Assembly: GCA_963842085.1 (NCBI GenBank)
Contig: CAWJET010000002.1
Coordinates: 1 to 64,000 of the forward strand
Reading direction: 5' to 3'
Length of the DNA: 64,000 bases
DNA from: an uncultured delta proteobacterium
Lineage (GTDB): Bacteria; Desulfobacterota; Binatia; Binatales; Binataceae
Shown: positions 27,133-37,237 of the stretch, one piece after another
How the letters are laid out: each line of letters opens with the position of its first letter
Position numbering within the stretch: position 1 is the first letter of the stretch
Position numbers and translations under genes: made by a program
The notes under the pieces: generated by a model
What the model was told of the DNA's origin: nothing
Databases searched by the model: none
Seen by the model: the letters and a program-made list of their open reading frames with translations, nothing else

Positions 27133-28740
27133 CTAATCGCTGCTCTGTGGCTTCGTCATCATTTGCAACGCTTCACCGACAGTGAAGCTGCCCGGCTTCT
27201 GCCGCGGGGGAAAATCGCGGAAGGTCTGTATATACCGCCCGACGATTGCCTGCGCGGGAACCATCACGAATATGTGCTCGACGAACCACTTGGTGTAGTC
27301 GCCGGCCTCATCTTCCGCGCGCTCGAACGGGTCGGAGCGCAGGTTAAACAGCTTGGGCGCGCGCAGCGGGACCATCGGTTGTAGCCAGACCTCCAGGCCA
27401 TGCGCCTTCTGCTCCATGAACACGGCCTTGTACTGGTCGTAACGGAGGCCTGCCAGGTCGCCGTCATCGGTCCAATAGAAGAACTCGTGACGCTTGTCGG
27501 GAGCTTTGCCCGCAAGCAGGTCGCGCTGGTCGTAGCCGTCGAGGTGCACCTTGTAGGTCTTGTCACCGATGGTCATTCCCTTCAGCAGCTCGTCCTGGAC
27601 GTTCGGGTCGCCTGCCGCTCCCATCAGGGTCTGCACCCAGTCCTCAGCCGAGACGATGTCATTGATTTCCGTGTGAGGTTTGACGAGCTTGGGCCATCGC
27701 ACGAGCGCCGGCACGCGGTAGCTCCCCTCCCAGTTGGTGTTCTTCTCGCCGCGGAACGGCGTGGTGCCGCCGTCGGGCCAGGTAAAAGTCTCGGCGCCGT
27801 TGTCGGTCGTGTAGATGACGATAGTGTTGTCGGCGATGCCAAGGTCGTCGAGTTTTTTCAGGAGCTGCCCGACTTGCGCGTCATGCTCCACCATCCCGTC
27901 CGGATAGATACCGAGACCGGTTTTCCCTTGAGACTCGGGCTTGAGGCGAGTCCAAATGTGCATGCGGCTTGAATTAAACCATGCGAAGAACGGCTTCTTC
28001 TGATTGTTCGCGCGATCGATGAAGTCGAGCGTTGCGCTCAGGAACTCCTGGTCCACGGTCTCCATCCGCTTTTTGGTAAGCGGCCCGGTGTCCGTGCAGC
28101 TCTGCTTGCCCCACTTGCCGAAGCGGGGGTCTTCCCCCGGAGTCTCGGTAGTCGTCGCAGTGCATCGCAAGACGCCGCGCGGACCGAAGCGCAGCTTGAA
28201 TTCGGTATTCTTGGGATAATCGGGATGTTCCGGCTCGTCTTCGGCATTCAAATGGTAGAGGTTGCCGAAGAATTCGTCGAAGCCGTGAACTGTCGGCAGA
28301 TATTCGTTGCGATCGCCGAGATGGTTCTTGCCGAATTGTCCAGTCATGTAGCCAAGCGGCTTGAGCAACTCGGCCAGCGTAGGATCCTTGTCCGACAATC
28401 CCTCTTTCGCGCCCGGCAATCCCACTTTCAGCAGACCGGTACGTATCGGGCTCTGGCCGGTGATGAACGCCGCGCGGCCGGCGGTACAGGATTGCTGTCC
28501 GTAGTAGTCAGTGAGAATCGCGCCCTCGTTGGCGATGCGATCGATATTGGGCGTGCGGTATCCCATCATGCCCCGGTTGTAAGCGCTGATATTCCAGTAG
28601 CCGATGTCGTCGCCCATTATGACGAGGATGTTGGGTTTGTCGGCCGCTCGCGCTGGAACGGCGGCGATCAGGCTGATTAGCAGCGCAATTGCCAGGCAGT
28701 TGAATTTCCACTTAGTCGTCGAATTCCATGCTCGATTCAT
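27133..28740 (-). CDS. Arylsulfatase (Cys-type formylglycine)
   Basis: KPNILVIMGDDIG, SCTAGRAAFITG (CxxxR), GKNHLG, TTDNG. Confidence 0.95.
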   Translation of the reverse strand: MNRAWNSTTKWKFNCLAIALLISLIAAVPARAADKPNILVIMGDDIGYWNISAYNRGMMGYRTPNIDRIANEGAILTDYYGQQSCTAGRAAFITGQSPIRTGLLKVGLPGAKEGLSDKDPTLAELLKPLGYMTGQFGKNHLGDRNEYLPTVHGFDEFFGNLYHLNAEDEPEHPDYPKNTEFKLRFGPRGVLRCTATTTETPGEDPRFGKWGKQSCTDTGPLTKKRMETVDQEFLSATLDFIDRANNQKKPFFAWFNSSRMHIWTRLKPESQGKTGLGIYPDGMVEHDAQVGQLLKKLDDLGIADNTIVIYTTDNGAETFTWPDGGTTPFRGEKNTNWEGSYRVPALVRWPKLVKPHTEINDIVSAEDWVQTLMGAAGDPNVQDELLKGMTIGDKTYKVHLDGYDQRDLLAGKAPDKRHEFFYWTDDGDLAGLRYDQYKAVFMEQKAHGLEVWLQPMVPLRAPKLFNLRSDPFERAEDEAGDYTKWFVEHIFVMVPAQAIVGRYIQTFRDFPPRQKPGSFTVGEALQMMTKPQSSD

Positions 28741-28883
28741 TTTTTCCTTCCTTTCGGACCGTTTGCAGATTCGTCAATTTTTCGTGAGAGAGATATTGTA
28801 CTTTGGTACAATAGCCGCATCCGGATCGCGCGATGCAGAATGCGCTATCAATCAGTTTGCGCTTAACCTGGGAGGAACTACTG

Positions 28884-29630
28884 ATGAGGAAAGATCTCAT
28901 TCGAAGCGTGGCGACAGGTATCGCGGCTGCGGCCCTGGCATGCGTCGTAGCGCTGGCGGGCTGCTCGACCACCGTCCAGAGTACACCCGAAGCCGCCAAG
29001 GCGCTGGAGTCGGGTGCGGCACTGCCGCCGGCAGTTACGGGATTCTTCGGAGACGACGCGTCGAAACTGGCGCCCGGACCCGAAGGCGGTGCGGCCCTCG
29101 TCTACATCAACCCGAATGCTCAATGGAGCAAGTACACCAAGATCCAGCTTGTGCCGGTTGAGTTCTGGGCCGGTGCCGACACCAAGGTTTCGTCCGCTGA
29201 CCAGCAGACACTGACCGAATATTTCTACAACAAATTGACAGAGGACCTGGGGAAAAACTTCACCCTCGTCAATCAACCCGGACCCGACGTTCTAACCCTG
29301 CGCGTGGCCCTGATGGATGCGACCACCGCCGTCCCGGGATTGCGCAGCATCTCGGTTATCGTCCCGCAGGCGCGCGTCCTGAACGGGGTACAATCCCTGG
29401 CAACTGGCAGCTACGCCTTCGTCGGCTCGGCCGAGGCCGAAATGAAAGCCACTGACTCGACCACTGGCGAGTTGCTGGCGGGCGCGGTCGATCAGCGTGC
29501 TGGCGGCATGGGGATCAAGGGGGCGGCATCATTTCAGTGGGGCGACGCCGAGAACGTGATGGACTACTGGGCGCAGAAGATCGACAGCCGCATCCTGCAA
29601 TTGCAGGGCAAAGCACCCGCGCAGAGCTGA
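28884..29630 (+). CDS. DUF3313-like lipoprotein
   Basis: Lipobox LAGC; GFFGD...L, PGPDVL.LR.A, DS.TGELLA.AVD.R. Confidence 0.7.
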   Translation: MRKDLIRSVATGIAAAALACVVALAGCSTTVQSTPEAAKALESGAALPPAVTGFFGDDASKLAPGPEGGAALVYINPNAQWSKYTKIQLVPVEFWAGADTKVSSADQQTLTEYFYNKLTEDLGKNFTLVNQPGPDVLTLRVALMDATTAVPGLRSISVIVPQARVLNGVQSLATGSYAFVGSAEAEMKATDSTTGELLAGAVDQRAGGMGIKGAASFQWGDAENVMDYWAQKIDSRILQLQGKAPAQS

Positions 29631-29674
29631 ATCAAAGGCAATCTGCGCGCGGGGGCGGTGGTTGTACCGGCGCG

Positions 29675-32185
29675 ATGGCAGCGTACAGCGGCCTTAGTGG
29701 CGACGAGGCGGTCCGGCGTCTAAAGCTCTACGGGCCGAACCGCCTCGTGCGCGAATCGCGCGGCGCGGCGCTGCTGGCATTCATCAGAACGACCGCCGAC
29801 CCGATGGCCGTCATGCTGGCGGCGGCGGCCGCGGTCTACTACGCGCTGGGCGAGTGGACGGACGCCTACGTCCTGTTTGCGGCGATCGTTCCGGTGTTGG
29901 CCGTCGACGTGATCCTGGAGGCGCGCTCGCGCACCGCGCTGGAGAAGCTGGCGGGGGTCGTCGCTCCGCGCGCGCGGGTGTTTCGCGACGGCGTGCAGAG
30001 CGGGATTCCGACCGAAGATATTGTTCCCGGCGATCTTTTGCTCCTGAAAGAGGGCGACATCGTTCACGCCGATGCCGTTGTGCGCTCGAGTTCCAATCTC
30101 GCGCTCGACGAATCGCAGCTCACCGGCGAAGCCGAGCCCGTCGCGAAACGGCCGTGCGAAATTTCCGGAGATACGGCAGAAGCGCCGGAGGATAGCCGCG
30201 TGTATGCGGGCTCGCGCGTGCTCGAAGGCCACGGCGCTGCCGAAGTAACCGCGACCGGGGAGCGCACCCGCTATGGCGATCTGGCGCGGCTGGTTGCCGA
30301 AGTCGGCCCGCGTCCGACGCCGCTGGAGCGCAAGACGGCGCGGATGGTGCGCTGGATGGTCGGCCTGGCGGTCAGCGTTTCGGTTCTGCTGTTCGTCTTG
30401 CGGATTCTCGGCGGTGCGGGCGCCGGTCAGGCGTTTCTGTACGCGATCAGTCTCGCGATGTCCGCGGTCGGCGAAGAATTCCTGCTGGTGCTGACGATGT
30501 TTCTGAGTCTCGGCGCGTACCGCCTGAGCAAGCACGGAGTCCTGGTGCGCCGACTGGCGAGTGTCGAGACGCTCGGCTCAACCACGGTCATCTGCCTCGA
30601 CAAGACCGGCACGTTAACGGCCGGCGAGTTCGTGCTCGAGGAGAATGTGCCGCTGGGGCCGGAGATTTCGGAGGACGCGCTGCTCGAGGCGGCCGCGCTC
30701 GCATGCGAGCCGCAGGCCGCCGATACGATGGAGAGGATGATCCTTGCGCATTGCACGGAGCATGGGATCGACGTCGATGCGCTTCATTCGCGATGGCGCC
30801 TGATACACGACTACGCGTTCGACCCGGTTGGCAAACACATGTCGCACGTATGGAGCAGCGCGCAAGGGGGCCTGCAGCGAATCGTGGCCAAGGGCGCGCT
30901 CGAGGGTGTCGTCGAGCATTGCGGCCTGGCGCCGGCTGATTTGGATCGCGCCGAAAAGGCGAACGCCGAAATGGCGGGGCGTGGAATGCGGGTGTTGGCC
31001 GTCGCCGGACGCGATGTGGAGCGGGGCGGATTTACCGGGACGCGCGCGTCGGACGAGCGCGGGTTTCGTCTTTTCGGCCTGCTCGGGTTTCGCGATCCTT
31101 TGAGGCCCGCGGTTCCGGACGCGGTGGCGCAATGCCAGCGCGCAGGGGTGAAGCTCAAGCTGATTACCGGTGACCACGCGCTCACCGCGCATGCGATCGC
31201 CGAGGCGGCCGGAATCGAGCACAGCGACGACGGCATCGTCACCGGCGCGCAGCTCGACAGCGCTGACAAGGCGGCCTTCGAACGGCTGGTCCGCAGGTGC
31301 AGCATCTTCGCGCGCATCCGGCCGGAGCAAAAGTATGCGATCGTCGAGGCGCTCAGGCGGGCGGGCGAAGTTGTCGCGATGACCGGCGATGGAATAAACG
31401 ACGCGCCGGCGCTGCGGCGGGCGGATATCGGCGTCGCGATGGGCCGGCGCGGGACCGAGGTCGCGCGCGCGGCCGCGGATATCGTGCTGCTGGACGACGA
31501 TTTTTCGGCGATGGTCGCGACGATTCGCGAAGGCCGCATCCTGCTCGACAACCTCCAGCGCGCCTTCCTCTACCTGGTCGGCTTCAAGGTGATGCTGGTG
31601 TCGATGACCCTGTTGGCTCCGGTCTTTGGCCTGCCGCTGCTGCTGCTGCCGGTGAACCTGGTCTGGCTCGAGATGATCGTGCATCCGGTGTCCGCGCTCG
31701 CTTTTGAGGGCGAACCTCCGCTCGACGACGTGATGCGACGGCCGCCCCGTCCGCCGGCCGCGCCGATCATCGAGCAGCCGGCCGCCATCCGCGCAGCCCT
31801 GTCCGGGGCGCTGCTGACGGCAGTGGCGCTCGCACTGTTCGCGCTGCGACTCGGTGAAGGTGAGAATTACGCGCGCAGCGTCGCGATGGTTGTCGCGGTG
31901 GTCGGAAGCCTGTTTCTCGTTTGGGCGGAGTACGCCGGGACGCGTCGATGGTGGCGGGTACGCGCGCCGGACCAGCTCAGATTTTGGGTTGTGATCTTTG
32001 CCGTAGCCGTCAGTCTGCCGATATTCATGCTGACGGCGCCGATTGCCAGGCTGCTGATGATTAGCCCGATCGCGCCCGCTGATTGGGGCATCGCAATTTT
32101 CGGCGCGACGGCCGCCGTGTGCTGGCGCGCCTTCGGCTCGAGCCGCGTCAGCCCTTGGGTGGGCCCAGCGCGCGCCCGCCTATGA
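29675..32185 (+). CDS. Cation-transporting P-type ATPase (P2-like)
   Basis: DESQLTGE, DKTGTLT, KGA.E, DPLR, TGDH, TGDGINDAPAL. Confidence 0.95.
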   Translation: MAAYSGLSGDEAVRRLKLYGPNRLVRESRGAALLAFIRTTADPMAVMLAAAAAVYYALGEWTDAYVLFAAIVPVLAVDVILEARSRTALEKLAGVVAPRARVFRDGVQSGIPTEDIVPGDLLLLKEGDIVHADAVVRSSSNLALDESQLTGEAEPVAKRPCEISGDTAEAPEDSRVYAGSRVLEGHGAAEVTATGERTRYGDLARLVAEVGPRPTPLERKTARMVRWMVGLAVSVSVLLFVLRILGGAGAGQAFLYAISLAMSAVGEEFLLVLTMFLSLGAYRLSKHGVLVRRLASVETLGSTTVICLDKTGTLTAGEFVLEENVPLGPEISEDALLEAAALACEPQAADTMERMILAHCTEHGIDVDALHSRWRLIHDYAFDPVGKHMSHVWSSAQGGLQRIVAKGALEGVVEHCGLAPADLDRAEKANAEMAGRGMRVLAVAGRDVERGGFTGTRASDERGFRLFGLLGFRDPLRPAVPDAVAQCQRAGVKLKLITGDHALTAHAIAEAAGIEHSDDGIVTGAQLDSADKAAFERLVRRCSIFARIRPEQKYAIVEALRRAGEVVAMTGDGINDAPALRRADIGVAMGRRGTEVARAAADIVLLDDDFSAMVATIREGRILLDNLQRAFLYLVGFKVMLVSMTLLAPVFGLPLLLLPVNLVWLEMIVHPVSALAFEGEPPLDDVMRRPPRPPAAPIIEQPAAIRAALSGALLTAVALALFALRLGEGENYARSVAMVVAVVGSLFLVWAEYAGTRRWWRVRAPDQLRFWVVIFAVAVSLPIFMLTAPIARLLMISPIAPADWGIAIFGATAAVCWRAFGSSRVSPWVGPARARL

Positions 32186-32203
32186 TGCTCTGCCTATAGT
32201 GCC

Positions 32204-33484
32204 TTAGCTGGCAGGCTTGAGCTTGTAGTTGATCGGCATGTGCTTGATGCCGCCGACGAAGCTCGACCGCAGCCGCTCAACCGGTCCCGCCAATTCGGCG
32301 TACTCGAGGCGTTTGGCGAGCTCGCGGAATATCACTTCGAGTTCGAGCCGCGCCAGGTTCGAGCCGAGACAGAAATGCTCTCCAATACCGAACGCGAGGT
32401 GAGGATTCGGATTGCGGCCGATGTCGAACTTGAACGGCTCGTCGAAAACGTCCTCGTCGCGGTTCGCGGACGGGTAGAACAGGCACACCGACTCGCCGGC
32501 GCGAATCTTCTGTCCGCGCACAACCGCGTCGCTCGCGGCGGTGCGCGTGAACTGGATCACCGGAGAAGTCCAGCGCACGATTTCCTCGACCGCGGTTTTG
32601 ATCAACGCTGGATCGGACTTGAGCCGCCGGAATTGCTCGGGGTTTTCGATCAGCGCGAGCAGACCGCCGCTGGTCGCATTGCGGGTGGTCTCGTTGCCCG
32701 CGACCACGAGCACCAGCAGGTAGGAGAGAAGTTCCAGGGCGGGGATGGGCGCGCCGTTTATTTCCGCATTGGCGATGATGCTGGTGACGTCGTTGGTGGG
32801 ATGCTTGCGGCGCTGGTCGACCAAATTGGTGAAGTACTCGAACACCTCCATGCGCGCCTGGGCGAAGGTTTCGTTGGCGTCTTTGCCGCGCTGAAACTCA
32901 GGATCGCCGCCGCCGATGATTTCGTTGGTCCATCGGAACAATCGCGGCCAATCCGGACGCGGCACGCCCAGCATTTCCGCAATCACGGCCACCGGCACCT
33001 TTGACGAGATCTCGGTGACGAAGTCGCATTGCTCCCGATCCATCACGTCGTCGAGAATTTTCGCGGTTATGTTCGCGACCTCGGGCTCGAGCGCGCGAAC
33101 CGAACGCGGGGTGAAATAGCGGCTCAGGATCGTCCGATACTCGCCGTGCTGCGGCGGATCCATATTAAGGAGATGCTTCAGTGGCAGCTCGGGCGGCAAG
33201 CCAGTGTCGCCCTCGTCCAGCACAAACACCGCGAGCCGCGGTCCATTGAGCCACAACCGCGGCTGAACGCTGATCTCCTTGATGTCGGCCGCCTTGGTGA
33301 TTGCCCAAAACGGATCGACTCGCGGACGCTGCACGTAAAACACGGGGTGGTGCTTGCGCAAGTACGTCCACTCCGCGTGCGGGTAGCCGTTTTTCTGGTA
33401 GTGGTCGGGGCTGATCACATCGATCGTGTCGAGCGAGAATTCGGGGGCGCTCGCGACGCGAGTGCTTGCGGCCTGGGTTTCCAT
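32204..33484 (-). CDS. Cytochrome P450
   Basis: AGNETTR I-helix, EEIVRW (ExxR), FGIGEHFCLG heme Cys. Confidence 0.97.
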   Translation of the reverse strand: METQAASTRVASAPEFSLDTIDVISPDHYQKNGYPHAEWTYLRKHHPVFYVQRPRVDPFWAITKAADIKEISVQPRLWLNGPRLAVFVLDEGDTGLPPELPLKHLLNMDPPQHGEYRTILSRYFTPRSVRALEPEVANITAKILDDVMDREQCDFVTEISSKVPVAVIAEMLGVPRPDWPRLFRWTNEIIGGGDPEFQRGKDANETFAQARMEVFEYFTNLVDQRRKHPTNDVTSIIANAEINGAPIPALELLSYLLVLVVAGNETTRNATSGGLLALIENPEQFRRLKSDPALIKTAVEEIVRWTSPVIQFTRTAASDAVVRGQKIRAGESVCLFYPSANRDEDVFDEPFKFDIGRNPNPHLAFGIGEHFCLGSNLARLELEVIFRELAKRLEYAELAGPVERLRSSFVGGIKHMPINYKLKPAS

Positions 33485-33520
33485 GGGTCACTCCTGCTGG
33501 TATTGCTTATTTTCGCGCGC

Positions 33521-34030
33521 CTACGCGAACATCATCTTTCTGAGCGCCGGCAGCAGGCGCATTTCCTCGCTGTCGATCAAATCGTCGAGCTTGACCGCGA
33601 GCAGGCATAGAGCCTTGCCGGCGGCGGCGACGACCTTGTCGGGATCCTGCTCGAACGAGACTCCGACCAGCTTGGCGATCAGCGCGCGCAATTCACGGTG
33701 GCTCTTCTTGATTCGATCGATCACCGCGGGAGAAAGTCTGCCCGCACCCTCAGCCCAGGGCAGCACGGTTTCATCTTCGCTGAGCAGATGCTGATTGAGC
33801 TGCGGCTTCAGAGCTTCCCAGCATCGTTGCGCCTGCGCGCGCATCTCGCGATCCGACGGCTTGAAGCCGAGGATGACGCCCGCGACGGCCGCGTCGAGCA
33901 ATGGTATCCCGAGCTGGTATTCGTTGCGGCTGAGCTCTTCTGTGAGGTTTCTGATCTTGCGCGTGTCGGCGAGCTTTTCGGGTCGCATCGCTGACGGTTT
34001 CTTTGCGGTCGGCATGTTCGTCGTCCCCAT
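33521..34030 (-). CDS. Hemerythrin (HHE)-like domain protein
   Basis: HLLSEDETVLP...H....SEEMRLLP. Confidence 0.6.
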   Translation of the reverse strand: MGTTNMPTAKKPSAMRPEKLADTRKIRNLTEELSRNEYQLGIPLLDAAVAGVILGFKPSDREMRAQAQRCWEALKPQLNQHLLSEDETVLPWAEGAGRLSPAVIDRIKKSHRELRALIAKLVGVSFEQDPDKVVAAAGKALCLLAVKLDDLIDSEEMRLLPALRKMMFA

Positions 34031-34038
34031 TGGCTTGC

Positions 34039-34497
34039 CTACGATACCACGCTTCCGGCGCCGAGGCGCGTGTCGGCCGAGGGGTTACGGCGAAAATAGA
34101 TTTCCCGCCCGTCGAGAGTTTCCAGAAAGCCGTAACCATCGGGCGGAAAGATGGTGGTAACGCGAACGTCAGGAGAACGTCCCTGGGTTATCGCGTCATG
34201 GCGCAGCCGGTGGACGTATTCCTCGAGCTTGATTCGCGTCGCGGCGAAAGCCTCGCTTATAGCTTGCGACAGGTCGATGCTGTTTTGCTTGTCGATCGTG
34301 AGCTCACCGCCGGGAATGTCGAGATGAATTCGAACGCGGCCGGCCTTTGCGATGACGATGAACCGCAGGTGCTGCAGGCATCTCGTGCAGCCGGTCAGGC
34401 CGTTGACGTAATCCTCGAGCGCTTTGACCTGCCGGCTGATCTCGGTCTCAACCGCTTCGGCCATCGCCGGTTCGGATGGATTTATCTGAATCTGCAT
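34039..34497 (-). CDS. HPF/RaiA-like ribosome-associated protein fused to a truncated cold-shock domain
   Basis: VRIHLDIPGGEL, AISEAF, GYGFLETLDGREIYF.RN. Confidence 0.7.
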   Translation of the reverse strand: MQIQINPSEPAMAEAVETEISRQVKALEDYVNGLTGCTRCLQHLRFIVIAKAGRVRIHLDIPGGELTIDKQNSIDLSQAISEAFAATRIKLEEYVHRLRHDAITQGRSPDVRVTTIFPPDGYGFLETLDGREIYFRRNPSADTRLGAGSVVS

Positions 34498-34966
34498 TGT
34501 CGTCCTCCGAATCCAGAATCGTTCACACCGCCGTCATTCCAATTCATTCTTCGTGCCGAGCTTCCAGGGCTGTGCGAGGCCTGATATGAGGCGAATTCCG
34601 GCGGCAGCCCGCGCGTTTGTATCATTTGGACACAGGACACTGCTCCCCTTGGCAACACAAACGAAGCTTAGATGAGGCGGCGATTGCAGATGACCGGACG
34701 AAGCGGCGCGAGCGTCATGTCCTCAGGGGATATTCAGCCATCTCGTATGCGATCGGGCCCATTCTTTTTGACAATTTGATCATTTTGCGCAAGGTTTCCC
34801 CGAGCAGTCGGCCGGGTGCCTCGCAGTTCATTACGAGACGGTCGATAAATGAATTGTGGAGGTAGTTACAGATCTGGATGCTGGACGGATCAGAAGTTTT
34901 GGTTCCTGGGGCACAAAATGTTGCTGACGAATGCGCCGAGGTTTTGGCGCCGATTCGGGGAAAGCT

Positions 34967-36529
34967 ATGTCAACTGGACGAATTTTCTCGATGTCTCTGT
35001 GCACACTTGGTGTCGTGACGTTATTGCTGGGGGGACTGGCGCGCGCGGCTGACAGCGACGGCAGCGACGCCGCCGCTCTAAAGGAGATCAGAAGCGAGAT
35101 GCGCCAACTGCGGGAAGATCGCAAGCGTGACCGCGCGGTGATCCGCTCGCTCGAGATCAAGGTGCAGCAACTCGAGACCAAAGATCAAAAGGTCGAGAGC
35201 ACTACGCAGCAACTGCAGAACACCGATCAGAAGCTCAAGGAGACAACGCTCGAGCTGCAGCAGACCAACCAGCAGGTGAAGACCCTGCAGACGAAGGTCG
35301 ATGCGCCGATCGCCGAGTCGCAGTTTGGCGACGCCGTCCAGCGATACCTCGGATCGCACTCGTTCACGGTGACCGGGGCGGCCGGCGGCAACTTCATCTA
35401 TGACCAGCAAAGCGGCGCACTCGACGACCTGCATCACGCGTCGCAGAACTCGTTCTTCTTCGACTGGGAGCCGATGATCCTGTATCGCCCGGCTGACTGG
35501 ATCCTGTTCCAAGGGGTGTTCAGCGCGGGGTTTGGTGCAACCGGGACGGGAACCGACCTGTCCACGGCAGATTTCCAGATTTTTCTCAACAAGTACATGA
35601 CGGTCGTGGCCGGGCTTTTCGATCAGCCATTCGGCGACTGGTACGAGGCCCAGAGCCCGATGTGGGTGAACCGGTTTGTCACGGCGCCGCTGCCGTTCGG
35701 AGTCGAGCCGGTAGTGCCGCCAGGCGAGCTTGGACTCCAGCTTCGCGGCGGCATGCAGTTCGGCCAGCTCGGTCAGGATTTCGACTACACGGTCTGGGGT
35801 GGAAACGGCCCCAGCTACAGCTCGGATGTCCTTGGCGCCACGGTTTCGAGCCCGTCCTCGGTCGCGTCCACCGAGACCAACGGCAAGTCGATCGGCGCGC
35901 GCTTTCGCATCTATCCGCTCCCGGTCGATACGGAGTGGGGGCGGCTCGAGCTCGGCGCGTCCACCTACAACGGCAAGTGGGCGAACGGAAACTGGTTCAA
36001 CTCGTGGGGCGTCGATTTCAACTACTTCGTAGGCAACCTGCAGACCCGCGGTGAATGGATGCAATCGTACCGCCAGATGCCCGATGGGCAGGCCTCCGAC
36101 AATCGCCAGGGATGGTACGTGCAAGCCGGCTACTTCCTGACCGGGCTCAAAGTCCCGGGTCTGCCCGACGTGATCAATAACTACCTCCGTCGATTCGAGC
36201 CGTTGGTGCGTTACTCGGGAGTTAACCAGCGCGGTGTTTCAACCGACGATATCGAGGGCGCCACCGGCGTCGGTTTGGGCGGCACGCAGGTGGGACTGGT
36301 TCCCGATTTCGGCATCAACGGGTCGCCGGCGACGTACGCACCGCATTCGCGCGAAGTGGCGCTGGGACTCGACTATTGGATCGCGCCGTCGATCGTCTGG
36401 CAGAACGAATTCGACATCGAGCTGCCGCATGCGGGAGGAGTATTCGTGTCGTCAACCGGCGCGGAGACGCCCGCGGGTTCAATTCCGAACGATCACGCGT
36501 TCCTTAGCCAATTCACGATTGGATTCTGA
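34967..36529 (+). CDS. Outer-membrane porin-like protein with N-terminal coiled coil
   Basis: Signal peptide, Q/K-rich coiled coil, aromatic beta strands, terminal TIGF. Confidence 0.7.
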   Translation: MSTGRIFSMSLCTLGVVTLLLGGLARAADSDGSDAAALKEIRSEMRQLREDRKRDRAVIRSLEIKVQQLETKDQKVESTTQQLQNTDQKLKETTLELQQTNQQVKTLQTKVDAPIAESQFGDAVQRYLGSHSFTVTGAAGGNFIYDQQSGALDDLHHASQNSFFFDWEPMILYRPADWILFQGVFSAGFGATGTGTDLSTADFQIFLNKYMTVVAGLFDQPFGDWYEAQSPMWVNRFVTAPLPFGVEPVVPPGELGLQLRGGMQFGQLGQDFDYTVWGGNGPSYSSDVLGATVSSPSSVASTETNGKSIGARFRIYPLPVDTEWGRLELGASTYNGKWANGNWFNSWGVDFNYFVGNLQTRGEWMQSYRQMPDGQASDNRQGWYVQAGYFLTGLKVPGLPDVINNYLRRFEPLVRYSGVNQRGVSTDDIEGATGVGLGGTQVGLVPDFGINGSPATYAPHSREVALGLDYWIAPSIVWQNEFDIELPHAGGVFVSSTGAETPAGSIPNDHAFLSQFTIGF

Positions 36530-36539
36530 GGGAGTCACG

Positions 36540-36830
36540 ATGATGAAAAAAATATTCGTGGCAATCGCATTCGCGGCTCTCTTGATTGGAGCGGCGCACG
36601 CTCCCGTTTCGGCGCAGCAGCAGGACAATATGTCCCCGGCCGAGCACAAACGACTGTTCCGGGAGGGTGCGAAGCTCTGGCCGATATACTGCAATACTTG
36701 TCACAACGCGCGCCCCGGGTCCGAGAAGGCTCCGTATGAGTGGAACCTGATCATCATGCACATGCGTACGCTCGCAAACTTCCCGCAAGACGACACCCAG
36801 GCGATATTGGAATACCTTAAGGGCCGCTGA
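36540..36830 (+). CDS. Small monoheme cytochrome c
   Basis: Signal peptide, CNTCH, WNLIIMHMR. Confidence 0.85.
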   Translation: MMKKIFVAIAFAALLIGAAHAPVSAQQQDNMSPAEHKRLFREGAKLWPIYCNTCHNARPGSEKAPYEWNLIIMHMRTLANFPQDDTQAILEYLKGR

Positions 36831-36869
36831 AGCGGGGTGTGGCGCGCAAAAATTGAAACGGAGGACGAC

Positions 36870-37226
36870 GTGAACCGACTTATCTCCAGCCTTGGCGCAT
36901 GCGTAATAATCGCATGCGCGTTTGTGCCCGTGCGCGCGGCCGACATGGCCGCCGCCAAGCAGAACTACGACACGTTTTGCGTGAAGTGCCACGGCCCCGG
37001 CGGCAAGGGCGACGGTCCGGCCGCGGCGACCCTCTCCACCAGCCCGCGCAATTTCACCGATTGCGCCGCGATGGGCAAAATTTCCGACGAGACATTGTTC
37101 AACGTGATCAAAAACGGCGGCGCCTCGGCCGGTCTCAGCAAGGACATGCAGGCGTGGAGCTCCGGGTTCGAGGACGACGAGATTCACGACCTCGTCGCCT
37201 ACGTCAGGACCTTCTGCAAGAAGTAA
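36870..37226 (+). CDS. Monoheme cytochrome c
   Basis: Signal peptide, CVKCHG..GKGDGP, MQAW distal Met. Confidence 0.9.
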   Translation: MNRLISSLGACVIIACAFVPVRAADMAAAKQNYDTFCVKCHGPGGKGDGPAAATLSTSPRNFTDCAAMGKISDETLFNVIKNGGASAGLSKDMQAWSSGFEDDEIHDLVAYVRTFCKK

Positions 37227-37237
37227 GCGCGCCTGCA

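Noticed and set aside
34905-34925. Sigma54 promoter ahead of the porin operon (GGCACAAAATGTTGC)
   Set aside because: GG-to-GC spacing is 11 rather than the required 10. The same applies to TGGCGTTTGCAATTGC at ~9222.
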